Source of the DNA: a virus
Taxonomy: Duplodnaviria; Caudoviricetes
IMG/VR virus record: IMGVR_UViG_3300020362_000088
Location: 1 to 25,727 of that record
Reading direction: 5' to 3' (one strand)
Length of the DNA stretch: 25,727 bases
Shown: in pieces, positions 24,204 through 25,727 of the stretch
Position numbering within the stretch: the stretch's first letter is position 1
How the letters are laid out: each line of letters begins with the position of its first letter
Translations under genes and position numbers: made by a program
The notes under the pieces: model-generated
Database searches by the model: none
What the model saw: only the letters and a program-made list of their open reading frames with translations
What the model was told of the DNA's origin: nothing

Positions 24204-24460
24204 ACCTAATGTTAATCTAAGGTGTTCTATTTATTAACGTAAGGTCTATAAAATATCTTGGTAATCTTTTGTACAGATAAAAGCCTTATAGTAGTTGCCT
24301 TTCTTGGCAGGAGCGGGCATAGTATGTAGTGCTCCTGACTTAACCTTTTTTAATGTCCTTGGGTACTGCCTTTGTCTTTCTAGTGTACTGATTACTCAGT
24401 GAGCAGCTTTCGGTGTCCCGGTCACCACTTTACCTGTAACAAAATACTATGGTTTAGTGT

Positions 24461-24502
24461 TTGTATTTAATGTGACTATAGCATATAATTCTCACTATAC
24501 AA
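24461..24502. promoter_or_regulatory. Overlapping divergent sigma70-type promoters
   Basis: + strand TTGTAT(24461)-N17-TATAAT(24484); - strand TTGTAT(24502-24497)-N16-TATAGT(24480-24475) with TG extension. Confidence 0.55.
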
Positions 24503-24526
24503 ACATCTACAGAAAGTTAGTTAATA

Positions 24527-25727
24527 GTGTCAAACAATGTCATCTGTATAGCAGAGGGTTGCAGAAAAAAATTAAAAGGTAGACAAACAAAATTCTGCTC
24601 AGGAACATGCCAGAAGCGTCAATTTGCACGTGACAAGCGACATAATGACAAAGTGGACACCAAGCCCATAAATAAAGAGTATAATGCAGATACAGGCGAT
24701 TACGCATCTGTACGCAGAGGACAGTATTACCGAGCTTTTGTAAGCGAAGGTATAGCCGAAGAAGTTGCAACTGGCGACATGACAGTAGCAGATGCGGCTT
24801 CCCTCCTTGGTTGCACTCCTGCTACTGTTAGTCGCATGCTTGCTGCCTACAAAATAGATAGTAGGAACGAAATAGCAGCAGAAGAGTGGGAATTATCAGC
24901 AGAAGCAGAAGCAGCATTAGAAAATTTTTCTAGCTTCCGACACAAATACTTTAGAACAGAGCTAGGAAAACACTATGACACCGCAGATTTTCACACTAAT
25001 TGGATAAATAATATTATAGATAGTATAGAAAACGGTAAAGAATTATTAATACTGTCACCCCCACGACACGGAAAAACAGAATTATTAATACACTTTGCTG
25101 TATATCAAATATGTAAAAACCCTAACGTACGTATTATGTGGGTAGGTGGTAACGAAGATATAGCTAAAAATGCATTATCTGCTGTACTTGACGTACTAGA
25201 TACTAATGAAGAACTTAAAGAAGATTTTTGTGCACCTGGACAATCTTTTAAACCAGATAATAGGTCAGGTAAAAACTGGTCACAAAACCAATTTACTGTA
25301 GGTACTAGAACAGTAGCAGGTATTAAGTCACCTACTATGGTAGCTGTAGGTAAAGGCGGTAAAATTCTATCACGTGATTGTGACATAATTATTGCAGACG
25401 ACATTGAAGACCACCAAACTACACAACAACCTGGTGCAAGAGAATCTACAAGGCAATGGTGGACAACAACATTATCAAGTCGTAAAGAGGAACATACTGC
25501 TGTTATTGTTATTGGTTCTAGACAGCACCCTGATGATTTATATAACCATTTACTTGAATCAGATAACTTTACAAGCATAGTAGAAACTGCACATGCACTT
25601 GATTGTCAGATACCAGAACATTTAGAAGATGAACATATTGACTGTATGTTGTGGTCAAACAAACGTAGTTTTAAATGGTTAATGTCTAGGTTGCACTCTG
25701 CTGAATCTACAGGTGGTAGACAAACAT
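24527..25727 (+). CDS. terL: Terminase large subunit with N-terminal Zn-finger and HTH extension, 3'-truncated
   Basis: Hand-translated from GTG 24527 with no stop to window end: Walker A LSPPRHGKT, Walker B IIIADDIED, coupling motif IGSRQHPDDLY; N-terminal CIAEGC...FCSGTC and MTVADAASLLGCTPATVSRML. Confidence 0.92.
   Translation, partial: MSNNVICIAEGCRKKLKGRQTKFCSGTCQKRQFARDKRHNDKVDTKPINKEYNADTGDYASVRRGQYYRAFVSEGIAEEVATGDMTVADAASLLGCTPATVSRMLAAYKIDSRNEIAAEEWELSAEAEAALENFSSFRHKYFRTELGKHYDTADFHTNWINNIIDSIENGKELLILSPPRHGKTELLIHFAVYQICKNPNVRIMWVGGNEDIAKNALSAVLDVLDTNEELKEDFCAPGQSFKPDNRSGKNWSQNQFTVGTRTVAGIKSPTMVAVGKGGKILSRDCDIIIADDIEDHQTTQQPGARESTRQWWTTTLSSRKEEHTAVIVIGSRQHPDDLYNHLLESDNFTSIVETAHALDCQIPEHLEDEHIDCMLWSNKRSFKWLMSRLHSAESTGGRQT

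Noticed and set aside
24540-25580. Track ORFs 24540-24770 (-), 25105-25578 (-) and 25392-25580 (+)
   Set aside because: Shadow frames of terL.

Overview
A 25.7 kb, AT-rich segment of a tailed dsDNA phage with a podovirus-like layout. The host is probably a low-GC actinobacterium (inferred from AGAAAGGA-type Shine-Dalgarno (SD) sites, leaderless TATAAT-N7-ATG promoters, an r1t-like holin and a DxQ metallophosphoesterase). Bases 1-12474 (+) hold late genes: tail tubular A/B-like proteins, small tail proteins, a Gly-rich protein and partner, two DUF6065/dUTPase-fold-like paralogues, small membrane, basic and Cys-rich ORFs (one HiPIP-like), a DUF5675 peptidase, large orphans and a holin. Bases 12464-23855 (-) are the whole early/middle arm: HNH, lytic transglycosylase, HTH, Rad52/Sak annealase, metallophosphoesterase, VWA plus MoxR AAA, YubB-like protein and many zinc-finger microproteins. 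I recognise no polymerase, primase, helicase or integrase. A structured non-coding control region (about 23.86-24.52 kb) precedes a terminase large subunit with a fused N-terminal Zn-finger and HTH (24527 to window end, absent from the ORF track). The most unusual signals are non-coding: (i) five 37-41 nt hairpins with unrelated stems, an invariant C-ATAAA-G loop and 2 extra nt on one arm, each just upstream of an early-gene RBS; (ii) a stem-loop array at 19.4-19.8 kb with two copies of a 23-bp stem around different inserts, whose mismatches are all G-U pairs on the - strand; (iii) further structured RNA candidates, two with anti-SD-like loops. All protein calls come from motif recognition by eye; no searches were run.
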